Positions 8,678-21,211 of a stretch of 64,000 nucleotides of DNA are shown here, one piece after another. The notes under the pieces are model-generated. The model saw nothing but the letters and a program-made list of their open reading frames with translations, was not told where the DNA came from and made no database searches. A program made the position numbers and the translations under genes. This DNA comes from an uncultured Actinomycetota bacterium (GTDB taxonomy: Bacteria > Actinomycetota > Actinomycetes > Streptosporangiales > Streptosporangiaceae), in NCBI GenBank assembly GCA_963719765.1, contig CAVRCW010000004.1, positions 52,920-116,919 on the forward strand, written 5' to 3'. Each line of letters opens with the position of its first letter. Position 1 is the stretch's first letter.

Positions 8678-9661
8678 TCAGTAGCCGAAGGTGCGGTCGA
8701 CCGCATCCAGGATCCGGTCCAGCTCGGGGAGGTAGTGCTCCTCCAGCCTGGACGGTGGATAGGGAGTCGTGTACGCGCCGACCCGTAGGACCGGGGCCTC
8801 GAGGCTGTAGAAGCATTCCTGGGTAACCTGCGCGGCGATCTCGGCCCCGATACCGCCCGTGACCACCGCCTCGTGCACGATCACGCACCGCCCGGTGCGG
8901 CGCACCGAGGTGAAAATCGTCTCGGTGTCTAGTGGCGCCAGCGAGCGCAGGTCGATGACTTCGAGAGACCGGCCGTCGCCTTGCGCGGCGACAGCCGCTT
9001 CGGCGCAGGTACGAACCATCGGGCCGTAGCACAGCAGGGTGACGTCGCTGCCAGGCACCAGGACCCGCGCCCTGTCCATGGGCATCGCGCCGGCCAGGCC
9101 GCCCTCCAGGTTCACGTCGGCCTTGTCCCAGTAACGACGCTTGGGCTCGAAGAACAGCACGGGGTCGTCGCAGGCGGCGGCCTGCTGGATCATCGTGTAC
9201 GCGTCGCCAGGGCCGCCGCACGAGATGACGCGCAGGCCAGGCGTATGCGCGAACAGTGCCTCCGGAGACTCGCTGTGGTGCTCGACTGCTCCGATTCCGC
9301 CGCCGAACGGGATCCTGATCACGATCGGCAGCCTGACTGAGCCGCGTGACCGGTACCGCATCTTGGCCAGCTGCGTGACGATCTGATCGAACGCGGGGAA
9401 TACGAAGCCGTCGAACTGGATCTCGCAGATTGGGCGGTAGCCCCGCAGCGCGAGTCCGATCGCGGTGCCGATGATGCCGGACTCGGCCAGCGGCGTGTCG
9501 ATGACCCGGGCTTCGCCGAAGTCCTTCTGCAGGCCGTCGGTGACACGGAACACGCCGCCGAGCTTGCCGACGTCCTCGCCCATGATGAGCGCCTTGGGGT
9601 TGTCTTCCAGTGCCTTGCGCAGTCCCTCATTGAGTGCCTTGGACAGGGTCAGCGTGGTCAT
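8678..9661 (-). CDS. 2-oxoacid dehydrogenase E1 component beta subunit
   Basis: MTTLTLSKALNEGLRKALEDNPKALIMGEDVGKLGGVFRVTDGLQKDFGEARVIDTPLAESGIIG... is the E1-beta signature. The start overlaps the E1-alpha stop (ATGA). Confidence 0.9.
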   Translation of the reverse strand: MTTLTLSKALNEGLRKALEDNPKALIMGEDVGKLGGVFRVTDGLQKDFGEARVIDTPLAESGIIGTAIGLALRGYRPICEIQFDGFVFPAFDQIVTQLAKMRYRSRGSVRLPIVIRIPFGGGIGAVEHHSESPEALFAHTPGLRVISCGGPGDAYTMIQQAAACDDPVLFFEPKRRYWDKADVNLEGGLAGAMPMDRARVLVPGSDVTLLCYGPMVRTCAEAAVAAQGDGRSLEVIDLRSLAPLDTETIFTSVRRTGRCVIVHEAVVTGGIGAEIAAQVTQECFYSLEAPVLRVGAYTTPYPPSRLEEHYLPELDRILDAVDRTFGY

Positions 9662-10821
9662 CGGACGGCCTCCTCGCCGACGAACGAGTCAAGGTACGCG
9701 GCGAACTCGGCTCGCTCGGCGGCAAGCTGCTTGGTGTCGGTGGTCAGGATGTCGTCGAACATCGACAGCGGATCCGGGTCGGGCATGCTCAGGCAGGCTT
9801 CGCGGACCCTGACGCCTACCTCGGTCGCCTCGGCCTCGACCTCGTCGAAGAAGCTCATCTCGGCCTGCTCGGAGCGGATCAGGTACTGCTTCACCCGCTC
9901 GATCGGATCCTTCAGCTTCCACGCCTCCAGTTCGGCGGACAGCCGGTACCTGGTTGGGTCGTCGGTCGTGGTGTGCGCACCCATCCGGTAGGTGAAGGCC
10001 TCGATCAGCGTCGGACCCTGACCCTCCCTGGCCGCCTGCATGGCCTTGCGGGTCACCGCCAGGCAGGCCAGCACGTCGTTCCCGTCCACCCGGACGCCGG
10101 GGAAGCCGAAGCCCTTCGCCCGGAGGTACAGCGGAGTCTTGCTCTGTCGCTCCAGCGGCTCGGAGATGGCCCACTGATTGTTCTGGCAGAAGAACACCAC
10201 CGGTGCGTTGTTGACCGACGCGAAAATAAATGCCTCGTTGACATCACCCTGGCTGGTGGCGCCGTCACCGAAGTACACGATCACCGCTTCGCCGTCCTCG
10301 CCGACGGCGCCGTCGCGCTGGATCCCCATCGCGTAGCCAGTCGCGTGCAGCGCCTGGCTGCCGATCACGATCGTGTAGAGGTGGAAGTTGTGCGCGGTCG
10401 GGTCCCAGCCACCGTGACTGACCCCGCGGTACAGCTCGAGCAGTTTCGCTGGGTCGAGCCCGCGGCACCAGGCGACGCCGTGCTCGCGGTAGGTGGGGAA
10501 GGCCATGTCGCGGGAGGTCAGCGCCCGGCCGGAGCCGACCTGAGCGGCCTCCTGGCCGAGCAGGGAAGCCCAGATCCCGAGCTCGCCCTGGCGCTGCAGC
10601 GCGATCGCCTCGAAGTCGATCCGGCGGACGATGACCAGGTCGCGGTAGAGGGACTTGATCTCCTCGGCGGAGATCTCCAGCGGGTAGTCGGGGTGCTCGA
10701 CTCGCTCGCCTTCTGGGGTGAGGAGCTGGATCAGCTCAGCCGAGTCCGCCTGCCGTTCTGGGTCGCGGGCGGGAGCCCGTTCGGCAGAGCGGGCGGCGCG
10801 TCCGGCATCTTTGACGGCCAC
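9658..10821 (-). CDS. 2-oxoacid dehydrogenase E1 component alpha subunit (TPP-dependent)
   Basis: E1-alpha-like sequence (YRDLVIVRRIDFEAIALQRQGELG, YFGDGATSQGDVNEA). GTG start at 10821 with AAGGAG 6 nt upstream. Confidence 0.9.
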   Translation of the reverse strand: MAVKDAGRAARSAERAPARDPERQADSAELIQLLTPEGERVEHPDYPLEISAEEIKSLYRDLVIVRRIDFEAIALQRQGELGIWASLLGQEAAQVGSGRALTSRDMAFPTYREHGVAWCRGLDPAKLLELYRGVSHGGWDPTAHNFHLYTIVIGSQALHATGYAMGIQRDGAVGEDGEAVIVYFGDGATSQGDVNEAFIFASVNNAPVVFFCQNNQWAISEPLERQSKTPLYLRAKGFGFPGVRVDGNDVLACLAVTRKAMQAAREGQGPTLIEAFTYRMGAHTTTDDPTRYRLSAELEAWKLKDPIERVKQYLIRSEQAEMSFFDEVEAEATEVGVRVREACLSMPDPDPLSMFDDILTTDTKQLAAERAEFAAYLDSFVGEEAVR

Positions 10822-10986
10822 GTGCCACTCCTTGCATGCTCATGTCCGGTCGCGGGCGCCAGGGTCCACAGCGCCGGCTGGTCAGGTCCATGTTGTGCTG
10901 CGACAGTACTAGCCAGGCGCCAGGCATGGTCAAGCGCTGTGCGGGCCTGAGCGCTGCGATGGTGACGCAAGTCACGAATCTGCCCA

Positions 10987-11020
10987 CCGCAGCCTAAAGT
11001 AAAGATTACTTCGGCTGCGG
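10987..11020 (-). terminator. hairpin after purS
   Basis: CCGCAGCC / GGCTGCGG arms with an AT-rich loop, 30 nt past the purS stop. Confidence 0.4.
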
Positions 11021-11050
11021 GGCGCCGACGAGCCGAGCGCTGATCGCCGG

Positions 11051-11284
11051 CTAGGCAGGCTCGATGGAGAATTCCTCGATAACGGGGTTCGCAAGCAGTT
11101 CGGCCGCGAGCTCGGCCATGCGGTCGACCGACGTGGCCTCGGTCAGTTCGACCTCGAAGCGCTTGCCCTGGCGGACACCGGCCACCTGGCCGAAGCCGAG
11201 GCGACGGCACGCGCTGGCGATCGCGTCACCCTGCGGGTCGTGGATTTCGGGCTTCAGCATGACGTCAATGACGACTTTGGGCAC
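11051..11284 (-). CDS. purS: phosphoribosylformylglycinamidine synthase subunit PurS
   Basis: (V)PKVVIDVMLKPEIHDPQGDAIASACRRLGFGQVAGVRQGKRFEVELT... is typical PurS. GTG start at 11284; the listed ORF start at 11395 is over-extended. Confidence 0.85.
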   Translation of the reverse strand: MPKVVIDVMLKPEIHDPQGDAIASACRRLGFGQVAGVRQGKRFEVELTEATSVDRMAELAAELLANPVIEEFSIEPA

Positions 11285-11758
11285 ACCCGCAGCGTACGCG
11301 AGCCGGTCATGCGCGCACCGGGCGGTAGCCGAGCCCGACGCCCTGGCAGCGCTGGATACGGCCCTAGCCGACGGTTGGCCGGGCCGAATTCGCACCTTTC
11401 AAGATCATGTGCCTAGTTACTACGCCTATAGCCGGTGTCAGGAGAGCACAACAGGAGCTAGTCAGGTCGGCGGCCCGTGGGTAACGCGGCGTTCCGCTGC
11501 CTGCTTGTCGCCAGATCCGTATTAGTCCAGTATTGAATATGCAGTGTGCAGCCAGATTGTTATCTGCCGCCAACTGCGGGCTGAGGCCGCATGTTTTCGC
11601 ATCGCCGCAGTTCAGGGGGCATGAACAGGGCCGATGCCGGTCCTGTCAGTACCGCACTGTTCGTCCAGAGATCGCCTAAGTTCATGATTACCGCTGCTCG
11701 TCCGGGGAAGCCTCCACAATATGAACTGTCTGTGACCGCCAACGGGGCTGAGGAGCGG

Positions 11759-12400
11759 ATGCGATCTCGGGTGTTCCATTCTGGGGAGCCGACCGCGGAC
11801 GTCGAGTTCTGCCTTGTGTTTCCCGGAGAAGCGCTGAGCGTCCCGGTGATGCGCCGGGTACTCGGTGACACCCTCATTCGGCTCGGGATTGACGATAGTT
11901 GTGTCGGTGACATCCTCCTCGCGGTGACCGAAGCCTGCTCCAACGTCGTGCGGCACGCCGAGCCAGGCCGCCGGTACGAGGTCGTGGCTCATGTCGGCAG
12001 CAAGCGGTGCCTCCTCGAGGTCGTCGACGGCGGTCGCGGTCTGGATGGTCCCGGCTGGGAGGCGAGGCGGCGCAGGATCGGCCGGCCCGCGGGTCGGCTG
12101 CGCCGTTACCCTGTGGTCAGGCTCCGCCGCCACCCCGCCAGTCCGGCGTCAGCCCCATCGTCGGCCGCTACGCTCCGCAGCCGGATCGGTCGCCCAGGGC
12201 GGCTGGGGCGCGAGCGCACCATCGCCCAGCTGCCCGAATCCGGCCGCGGCATGGCGATCATGCGCGCCTGCGTGGACGACGTCAGTATGAAGAGCAGGCC
12301 AGGGCAGGGCACCGTCGTATCGCTGCAGAAGCGCATCGAGTGGCGCAGCGACGCTCCGCTCGCCCGCATGCCGGCCTCGCAGCTCAGGGACGCTGGCTGA
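11759..12400 (+). CDS. ATP-binding protein, anti-sigma-factor-type Ser kinase fold (HATPase_c/RsbW-like) with an Arg-rich insertion
   Basis: [16 protein letters not shown] (N-box) ...[10 protein letters not shown]... [16 protein letters not shown]...GTVVSL. ATG at 11759 is preceded by AGGAGCGG. Confidence 0.65.
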   Translation: MRSRVFHSGEPTADVEFCLVFPGEALSVPVMRRVLGDTLIRLGIDDSCVGDILLAVTEACSNVVRHAEPGRRYEVVAHVGSKRCLLEVVDGGRGLDGPGWEARRRRIGRPAGRLRRYPVVRLRRHPASPASAPSSAATLRSRIGRPGRLGRERTIAQLPESGRGMAIMRACVDDVSMKSRPGQGTVVSLQKRIEWRSDAPLARMPASQLRDAG

Positions 12401-12440
12401 GCCGGTAATCTTCGAGCATGAGCCGCCCGCGAGGACGCCC

Positions 12441-13114
12441 ATGACCGCCAGGATCGGGGTTGTCACCTTCCCTGGCTCTCTCGATGATCGCGATGCACTG
12501 CGTGCTGTCCGACAGGCCGGAGCCCAGCCGGTCGAGCTCTGGCATGGCGATGCCACCTTGCGGTCGGTGGACGCGGTCATCCTGCCTGGCGGCTTCTCTT
12601 ATGGGGATTACCTGCGCTGCGGGGCAATCGCCAGGTTCGCGCCGGTGATGGCCGAGCTGATCCCGGCGGCCAGGAACGGCCTTCCCGTCCTCGGCATCTG
12701 TAACGGCTTCCAGATCCTGTGCGAGGCGCACTTGCTGCCCGGAGCGCTGACCCGCAACGCAGGGCTCAGGTTCGTAAACAGGGACATCACCATCCGGATT
12801 GAGAACGACTCGTCCGCCTGGACCAGCCAGTACCGCGCGGGACAGGAAATCACGGTCGTACTCAAGAGCGGCGAGGGCGCTTACATGGCCGATGCCGGGA
12901 CGCTCGCCGACCTGGAATCGGGCGGCCAGGTGCTTGCCAGGTATACGGGCGGGAACCCGAACGGGTCGATCGGCGAAATCGCCGGAGTGACCAACGTGGC
13001 GGGCAACGTAGCCGGCCTCATGCCGCATCCCGAGCACGCAGTTGACGTGCTCACCGGACCGGCAGACGACGGCCTTGGCTTCTTCACATCGATCTTGCAC
13101 GCGGTAGCGCTCGC

Positions 13115-13118
<4 letters not shown>
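12441..13118 (+). CDS. purQ: phosphoribosylformylglycinamidine synthase I (glutaminase subunit)
   Basis: [23 protein letters not shown]...[18 protein letters not shown]...GICNGFQIL...MPHPEH. Confidence 0.95.
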
Positions 13119-15403
<2,285 letters not shown>

Positions 15404-15408
15404 CCCGG

Positions 15409-16044
15409 CTAACTCGCGGTCCACCAGAACGCGAGCAGCTGACTTACCGGCTTCGCGGGATCGCAGGCCTCCAGCCCTGCCTCGCCGGGCTGGCCACCCG
15501 ACACGCTGACCTGCGTGAGGCACTTGCCGCTTGCGGCATTGGCGAACTGGTAGAAGTCGTGCCCGCCCCGCACCACGCCGTTGCCCAGCCTCCGCCAGCG
15601 TTGCTGCAGCCGCAGATCGCAGCGCTGCACCTCCAGCGCTGTCCTGCCTGCGGGCCCGGTCGAAGCCAGGCACTGGCCTGTCGGCAGGTAGATGAAGATG
15701 TAAGTCCCGCCCTGCATCAGGTCGGCCGTCCATTGCGGCAGTCCGGCAATCTGCTCCGATGGCTGCACCGGGCTGAACGTCGGCCCATTCCGCGAGCCGA
15801 GGAGCTGCACCAGCTTTGCGCTCCCGCCGCCTGACTGCGCGGGCTCGCCGACCAGGCCGACCGACTGGAAGTTCACCACCTTGCTCGGCAGCGCGACCAC
15901 GTGCCTGGGCTTGGTCGGATGGAACGCCAGCACATAGGCCGCCGCGCCCGCGCTGGCCAGCACGACTATCGCACCCAGTCCGGCCAGCGTCGGCAGCCAG
16001 GAGCCCCGTGATCTGGGCCTGGCGGTCCGGCGCTGACCTGGCAT
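15409..16044 (-). CDS. membrane-anchored hypothetical protein (possibly a beta-trefoil/lectin-like C-terminal domain)
   Basis: N-terminal Arg-rich segment plus TM (WLPTLAGLGAIVVLASAGAAAYVL). The C-terminal part has Cys pairs and QxW-like motifs (QQRW). Confidence 0.45.
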   Translation of the reverse strand: MPGQRRTARPRSRGSWLPTLAGLGAIVVLASAGAAAYVLAFHPTKPRHVVALPSKVVNFQSVGLVGEPAQSGGGSAKLVQLLGSRNGPTFSPVQPSEQIAGLPQWTADLMQGGTYIFIYLPTGQCLASTGPAGRTALEVQRCDLRLQQRWRRLGNGVVRGGHDFYQFANAASGKCLTQVSVSGGQPGEAGLEACDPAKPVSQLLAFWWTAS

Positions 16045-16211
16045 ACCCGAACCATTACCAAGTCCACAGACTTGATGCGGCGAGATGTCATGAAAAACAG
16101 GCAGGATTTTTGCCTACAGAACGTACCCTGCGCAGGTTCATGTCCGCGGGCTGCCCACCGGGACGGCCGTGGCGTGGCCTGGCGTGCCGTTACCCGCTAG
16201 CCTTCTAAGCC

Positions 16212-16688
16212 GTGCCAGCGCGAGGCTTCGACGTCGACCGGGCCCTGACCGCAGTGAACGAGCAGCGATCAGAGCTCGGCCAGCCGCCGCTGCCAGGCCC
16301 GGTCACGGCCCTGACCGTCGGCCAGGCGAGCCTCGCGGCGGTCGCGGCGGCACTGCGGGCAGGTGCGCAGCCGCTGCGGGCGGTGCAGCGCTTGGCTGTC
16401 ACGTATACCCTCGGCCTGCTCGCGGACCGCGCGCCCGGAAGGTCCGTGGAGGTGCGGGTCCCGCCGTTCGCGGCCGTGCAGTGCGTCGGTGGTCCGCGGC
16501 ACACCAGGGGCACGCCGCCGAACGTGATCGAGACTGACTCGCTCACCTGGCTGCAGCTGGCCACGGGCAAGCTGGACTGGGCGGCTGCCCTGGCCAGCGG
16601 CAAGGTCAGGGCGAGCGGCCAGCGGGCAGATATTTCTGCGTACCTGCCGCTAGCCTCGGCCGGTCACGGCATGCCGCCAGTCCACTAG
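16212..16688 (+). CDS. sterol-carrier (SCP2-like) family protein commonly found upstream of purF in actinobacteria
   Basis: [36 protein letters not shown]-terminal motif. Position immediately upstream of purF. Confidence 0.6.
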   Translation: MPARGFDVDRALTAVNEQRSELGQPPLPGPVTALTVGQASLAAVAAALRAGAQPLRAVQRLAVTYTLGLLADRAPGRSVEVRVPPFAAVQCVGGPRHTRGTPPNVIETDSLTWLQLATGKLDWAAALASGKVRASGQRADISAYLPLASAGHGMPPVH

Positions 16689-16771
16689 ATCTGCGTACCT
16701 TCCACCGGCCTCGGCGGTCGTGGCCGCCCGCCGGTCCACTAGATCTGCGTACCTTCCACCGGCCTCGGCGG
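16679..16771. repeat. 54-bp-period tandem duplication (39-bp identical core x2, plus a degenerate third copy to about 16806)
   Basis: GTCCACTAGATCTGCGTACCTTCCACCGGCCTCGGCGG occurs at 16679 and 16733. A degenerate GTCACTAGAATTGCCTGG lies at 16789. The first copy contains the stop codon of the upstream gene. Confidence 0.9.
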
Positions 16772-16806
16772 CCCATAGCAGCCAGCCGGGTCACTAGAAT
16801 TGCCTG

Positions 16807-18378
16807 GTGATCAAGCCCGATGGCCGTCTGTCACACGATCCCGATCCCGAAGATCAGCCACCCAGGGACGCGTGCGGCGTGTTCGGTGTCTGGTCGCCGG
16901 ACGAGGAAGTCGCGAAACTGACCTACTACGGCCTGTACTCGCTCCAGCATCGCGGCCAGGAGTCGGCAGGCATAGCAGTCAGCGATGGCTCGAGGATCGT
17001 CGTCTACAAGGACATGGGCCTGGTCGCCCAGGTCTTCGACGAGTCGGTCCTGAATACCCTGCACGGGCACATCGCGATTGGCCACTGCCGGTACTCCACC
17101 AGCGGCTCGTCGGTCTGGGAGAACGCGCAGCCCACTTTCCGCGCCACACCGTCGGCCAGCCTGGCACTGGGACACAACGGCAACCTGATCAACACCCTGG
17201 AGCTAGCCGAGATGCTCGGCGGCATCGCCGGGACGGTGGCTAGCCGGGCCACATCCGACACCGACGTGCTGACCGCCTTGTTCGCCGCGGTCGGCCCGAT
17301 CACGAATGGCGCGCTGACGGCGGCCGACGGCACGGCAACCGGCAATGGGCCCACGGCCAACGGCCGCCCGGCCGGGCCCGGCGACGCGCAGGCGGCGCAC
17401 CCAGGGGTCGAGGCTGCTGCCCTGGCCGCGCTACCCCTGGTCCGCGGTGCTTTCTCGCTGGTTTTCATGGATGAGCAGACCCTCTACGCGGCCCGAGACC
17501 CGCAGGGCTTCCGGCCGCTGGTACTCGGCCGGCTCGCCCGCGGCTGGGTGGTGGCGAGCGAGACAGCCGCGCTGGATATCGTCGGCGCCACCTTCGTGCG
17601 CGAGATCGAGCCGGGCGAGATGGTGGCCATCGACGAGGACGGGGTGCGGTCACGCACCTTCGCGCCACCCCGCCCCAAAGGGTGCCTGTTCGAGTATGTG
17701 TACCTAGCCAGGCCGGACACCACGATCGCGGGCCGGACCCTGCAGGCGGCCAGGGAAGAGGTCGGCAGGCAGCTAGCCGCCGAGTGCCCGGCCGAAGCCG
17801 ATCTAGTCATCGGAGTGCCGGAGTCCAGCACTCCGGCCGCAATCGGTTACGCCCAGGCCAGCGGGATCCCCTATGGCCAGGGGCTGGTGAAGAACTCCTA
17901 TGTCGGCCGGACTTTCATCCAGCCGAGCCAGACGATCAGGCAGCGTGGCGTGCGGCTCAAGTACAACCCGCTCCGGGAGGCCATCGCGGGGAAGCGGCTG
18001 GTCGTGGTCGACGACTCGATCGTGCGCGGTACCACCCAGCGGGCCATCGTGGCCATGCTGCGCGAGGCGGGAGCGGCGGAGGTCCACGTCCGGATCTCAA
18101 GTCCGCCAGTCGCCTGGCCGTGTTACTTCGGCATAGATTTTCCCAGCCGGGCGGAGCTGCTGGCGGGCAATATGACAGTCGAGGAGATCAGGCAGTCCAT
18201 CGGCGCGGACTCGCTGGGCTTCGTCTCCCTGCCCGGCCTGATCGCGGCGACGACAGTTCCGGCCGAGCGGTTGTGCCACGCCTGCTTCGACGGCAACTAT
18301 CCGATCGCGGTGCCCGACAGCGAGAAGGGCAAGCACCTGCTCGAGCCCGCAGCGGGGGCCGGGAAGGCACGGCGATGA
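16807..18378 (+). CDS. purF: amidophosphoribosyltransferase
   Basis: Propeptide then CGVFGVW, YSLQHRGQESAGIA; PRPP-binding VVVDDSIVRGTT; C-terminal CHACFDGNYP. Confidence 0.95.
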   Translation: MIKPDGRLSHDPDPEDQPPRDACGVFGVWSPDEEVAKLTYYGLYSLQHRGQESAGIAVSDGSRIVVYKDMGLVAQVFDESVLNTLHGHIAIGHCRYSTSGSSVWENAQPTFRATPSASLALGHNGNLINTLELAEMLGGIAGTVASRATSDTDVLTALFAAVGPITNGALTAADGTATGNGPTANGRPAGPGDAQAAHPGVEAAALAALPLVRGAFSLVFMDEQTLYAARDPQGFRPLVLGRLARGWVVASETAALDIVGATFVREIEPGEMVAIDEDGVRSRTFAPPRPKGCLFEYVYLARPDTTIAGRTLQAAREEVGRQLAAECPAEADLVIGVPESSTPAAIGYAQASGIPYGQGLVKNSYVGRTFIQPSQTIRQRGVRLKYNPLREAIAGKRLVVVDDSIVRGTTQRAIVAMLREAGAAEVHVRISSPPVAWPCYFGIDFPSRAELLAGNMTVEEIRQSIGADSLGFVSLPGLIAATTVPAERLCHACFDGNYPIAVPDSEKGKHLLEPAAGAGKARR

Positions 18379-19454
18379 CCCGCGGGCAGCCCGCCGGCAG
18401 TACCGGGGCGGGCAGCTACGCCGGAGCCGGGGTGCACATCGAGGCAGGCGAGCGCGCCGTCGAGCTGATGCGCGCGTCGGTGGCAAGGACTGCGGGCCCA
18501 GAAGTGGTCGGTGGCATCGGCGGCTTCGCCGGGCTGTTCGACGCATCGAAGCTGACGGGCATGCGCCGCCCGATGCTGGCGAGCAGTACCGACGGCGTCG
18601 GCACCAAGGTGGTCATCGCCCAGCGCCTCGGCCGCTACGACACCATCGGAATAGACCTGGTCGGCATGGTGGTGGACGACCTCGTCGTGTGCGGTGCCGA
18701 GCCGCTGTTCATGACCGACTACCTGGTGTGCGGCCGGGTCTGGCCAGAGCGGGTAGCCACGATCGTGGCTGGCATTGCCGAGGGCTGCGTGCAGGCGGGC
18801 TGTGCCCTGGTAGGCGGGGAGACGGCCGAGCACCCCGGCCACCTCGGGCCGGACGACTTCGATCTGGCGGGTGCCGCCACCGGTGTGGTGGACGCGGACA
18901 AACTGCTTGGCCCCGAGCGGGTACGGGTCGGGGATGTAGTCGTCGCCATGGCATCATCAGGGCTGCACTCGAATGGCTTTTCCCTGGTCCGCGGCATCGT
19001 CGAAGCTCCCGGCTCCGGGCTGGATCTGGCCGCCAAGCCCGCCGAGCTGGGCCAGACCCTTGGCGCCGAACTGCTCACGCCGACGCGGATCTACGCCAGG
19101 GATTGCCTGGCCGTAGCCGGCAGCTGCGCCGTTCGGACTTTCGCCCACGTGACCGGCGGCGGGCTCGCGGCGAACCTGGCTAGGGTGCTGCCAGCCAGCG
19201 TCGACGCGGTACTCGACCGGGGCAGCTGGCGGCCCGCCCCGGTGTTCTGGCTGCTCGCGAAGCGCGGCCGGGTACCCGAGCACGAGCTAGAGCGGGTTTT
19301 CAACATGGGCATCGGCATGGTGGCCATCGTGGCGGCTCAAGATGCTGATCGCGCGCTGCGGCTGCTCGCCGAGCGGCGGCTCCCGTCCTGGATACTCGGC
19401 GAGATCACGACGGGCAGCGGCACCGCGCGCCTGTCAGGCAGCTATCGCCGCTGA
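18375..19454 (+). CDS. purM: phosphoribosylformylglycinamidine cyclo-ligase
   Basis: MTRGQPAGSTGAGSYAGAGVHIEAGERAVELM...GGIGGFAGLF...DGVGTK. The ATG overlaps the purF stop (ATGA). The listed ORF start at 17682 is an over-extension inside purF. Confidence 0.95.
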   Translation: MTRGQPAGSTGAGSYAGAGVHIEAGERAVELMRASVARTAGPEVVGGIGGFAGLFDASKLTGMRRPMLASSTDGVGTKVVIAQRLGRYDTIGIDLVGMVVDDLVVCGAEPLFMTDYLVCGRVWPERVATIVAGIAEGCVQAGCALVGGETAEHPGHLGPDDFDLAGAATGVVDADKLLGPERVRVGDVVVAMASSGLHSNGFSLVRGIVEAPGSGLDLAAKPAELGQTLGAELLTPTRIYARDCLAVAGSCAVRTFAHVTGGGLAANLARVLPASVDAVLDRGSWRPAPVFWLLAKRGRVPEHELERVFNMGIGMVAIVAAQDADRALRLLAERRLPSWILGEITTGSGTARLSGSYRR

Positions 19455-19633
19455 GATCAGACCGGGACAAGGCAGTTCCCCAGGCAGGCCAGCCGACTGG
19501 CACAGCGAATCGACCGGTAGCCCGCAGCTACGGGCCACCGGACCCGATGCGTGCTCCCCCGGATACGGCAGTACCCGTGGTGCCCCGACCAGGGTGCCAG
19601 CCAAGGCAGCCCGGACAGCACGGCTGCGTGCCG

Positions 19634-19900
19634 TCAGGCCGACGTGCTGGTCAGATCGTCGGCGTCGTATCCGCCGACATCGTCGGAATCCCAGTCCTCG
19701 TCATCGCTATCGTCGTCTTCAGAGTCATCGTCCCCGGCGTAGCGGTCGCTGAGGTCCGCGTACGCGGAATCCCCTGCGCCCTGCTGGTCCGTGTCGACGC
19801 CCAGCTCAGCCCGCAGCCGGTCAAGATCAGTGCCGCCACCGCTGTACTTCAGCTGGCGAGCCACCTTAACCTGCTTGGCCTTGGCTCGGCCGCGCCCCAT
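19634..19900 (-). CDS. DUF3073-like small acidic protein
   Basis: MGRGRAKAKQVKVARQLKYSGGGTDLDRLRAELG followed by an Asp/Glu/Ser-rich tail. Conserved position after purM in actinobacteria. Confidence 0.75.
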   Translation of the reverse strand: MGRGRAKAKQVKVARQLKYSGGGTDLDRLRAELGVDTDQQGAGDSAYADLSDRYAGDDDSEDDDSDDEDWDSDDVGGYDADDLTSTSA

Positions 19901-20122
19901 TGGCTCGACCCCCTCTAACGTACGGAACCCGACGGGTCCCTGGTCACCGCAATATGCAATATAAAGTTGCCCGTTGCCACGCCAATGACCGCGGTTTCGT
20001 GCACACAAGGCTGACCCGCCGCAGCTCCGCCACCTGGGAGTGCGACGCGCTCGCCCTGACGTACAGGTACAACCGTACCTGCTTTGGGCGGCAGGCGCCT
20101 CCGATGATTCCGCCGAAAGTGA

Positions 20123-21211
20123 TCAGCTGCCCAGGTATATGCCGCGCAGGCGGCCGACCTCGGCGATCCTGCGCTCTGCCAGCCGGTCCGCCGCGACTGC
20201 TGGCGGCACCCCATCGGTGTCGGCAAGTGCCAGTATCTGCCGGGTGGTTCCGAATATCTGCTCGGCCCTGGCCTTGGCCCGCTCGAAACTGAATCCGTGC
20301 AGCTCATCTGCGACCTGGATCACGCCTCCAGAGTTGACCAGGTAGTCGGGCGCGTAGACGACACCGTGGTCCGCCAGCATCTTCTCCACGCCCGGATGCG
20401 CCAGCTGGTTGTTGGCTCCGCCGCAGACGATCCTGGCGCCGAGCACCTTGACGACGTCGTCATCGATGGCCCCGCCGAGCGCGCATGGCGAGTAGACGTC
20501 CAGCTGACTGGAGAGCAGCTCGTCGCGGCTCGGCACGACAGTCACCTCCGGGTGGCTGGCACGAACGCGCTCGGTCGCCGAGCGGCTGGTGTCGAAAACC
20601 ACCACCCGGGCTCCGTCGCTGACCAGGTGGTCGACGAGGCGGTGACCGACCTTACCGACACCCTCGACGCCAACGGCCTTGCCCGCGAGACTGGTGGTGC
20701 CCCAGACGTGCTCCGCGGCTGCCCGCATTCCCTGGAAGACGCCGAACGCGGTAAGCACGGAGGAGTCGCCCGCCCCGCCATTCGGCACCGTCCGGCCGGT
20801 TACGTGCGAACTCTCCCGCGCGACCAGGTCCATGTCCTCGCTGTAGGTGCCGATGTCACATGCCGTGATGTACCGGCCATTCAGCGACTCGACGAACCGG
20901 CCATAGGCGCGCAGCAGTGCCTCGGACTTGAGCTCGTCCGGATCCCCGATGATGACGGCCTTGCCGCCACCGAGGTCCAGTCCGGCCAGCGCGTTCTTGT
21001 AGGCCATGGCCCTGGACAGGTTCAGCACGTCGGCCAGGGCCGCATCCTCATCCGGATACGGATAGAAACGCGTGCCGCCCAGGGCGGGCCCGAGCGCAGT
21101 GGAGTAAATGGCAATGATGGCCCGCAGCCCGGACTGGGTGTCCTGGCAGAAGACGACCTGCTCGTGGCCTGCCTGGCCGACGGCAGCGCGGGTCTCGAAG
21201 ACGTTAGTCAC
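20123..21211 (-). CDS. Leu/Phe/Val dehydrogenase family (valine dehydrogenase-like)
   Basis: [52 protein letters not shown] (NAD fold). GTG start. Confidence 0.85.
   Translation of the reverse strand: MTNVFETRAAVGQAGHEQVVFCQDTQSGLRAIIAIYSTALGPALGGTRFYPYPDEDAALADVLNLSRAMAYKNALAGLDLGGGKAVIIGDPDELKSEALLRAYGRFVESLNGRYITACDIGTYSEDMDLVARESSHVTGRTVPNGGAGDSSVLTAFGVFQGMRAAAEHVWGTTSLAGKAVGVEGVGKVGHRLVDHLVSDGARVVVFDTSRSATERVRASHPEVTVVPSRDELLSSQLDVYSPCALGGAIDDDVVKVLGARIVCGGANNQLAHPGVEKMLADHGVVYAPDYLVNSGGVIQVADELHGFSFERAKARAEQIFGTTRQILALADTDGVPPAVAADRLAERRIAEVGRLRGIYLGS

Noticed and set aside
16679-16806. Possible CRISPR-like arrays at the 54-bp repeats (16679-16806) and the ~50-bp repeats (37440-37680).
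   Set aside because: There are only 2-3 copies. The spacers are not unique-sequence units of constant length, the repeats are degenerate, and there are no cas genes.
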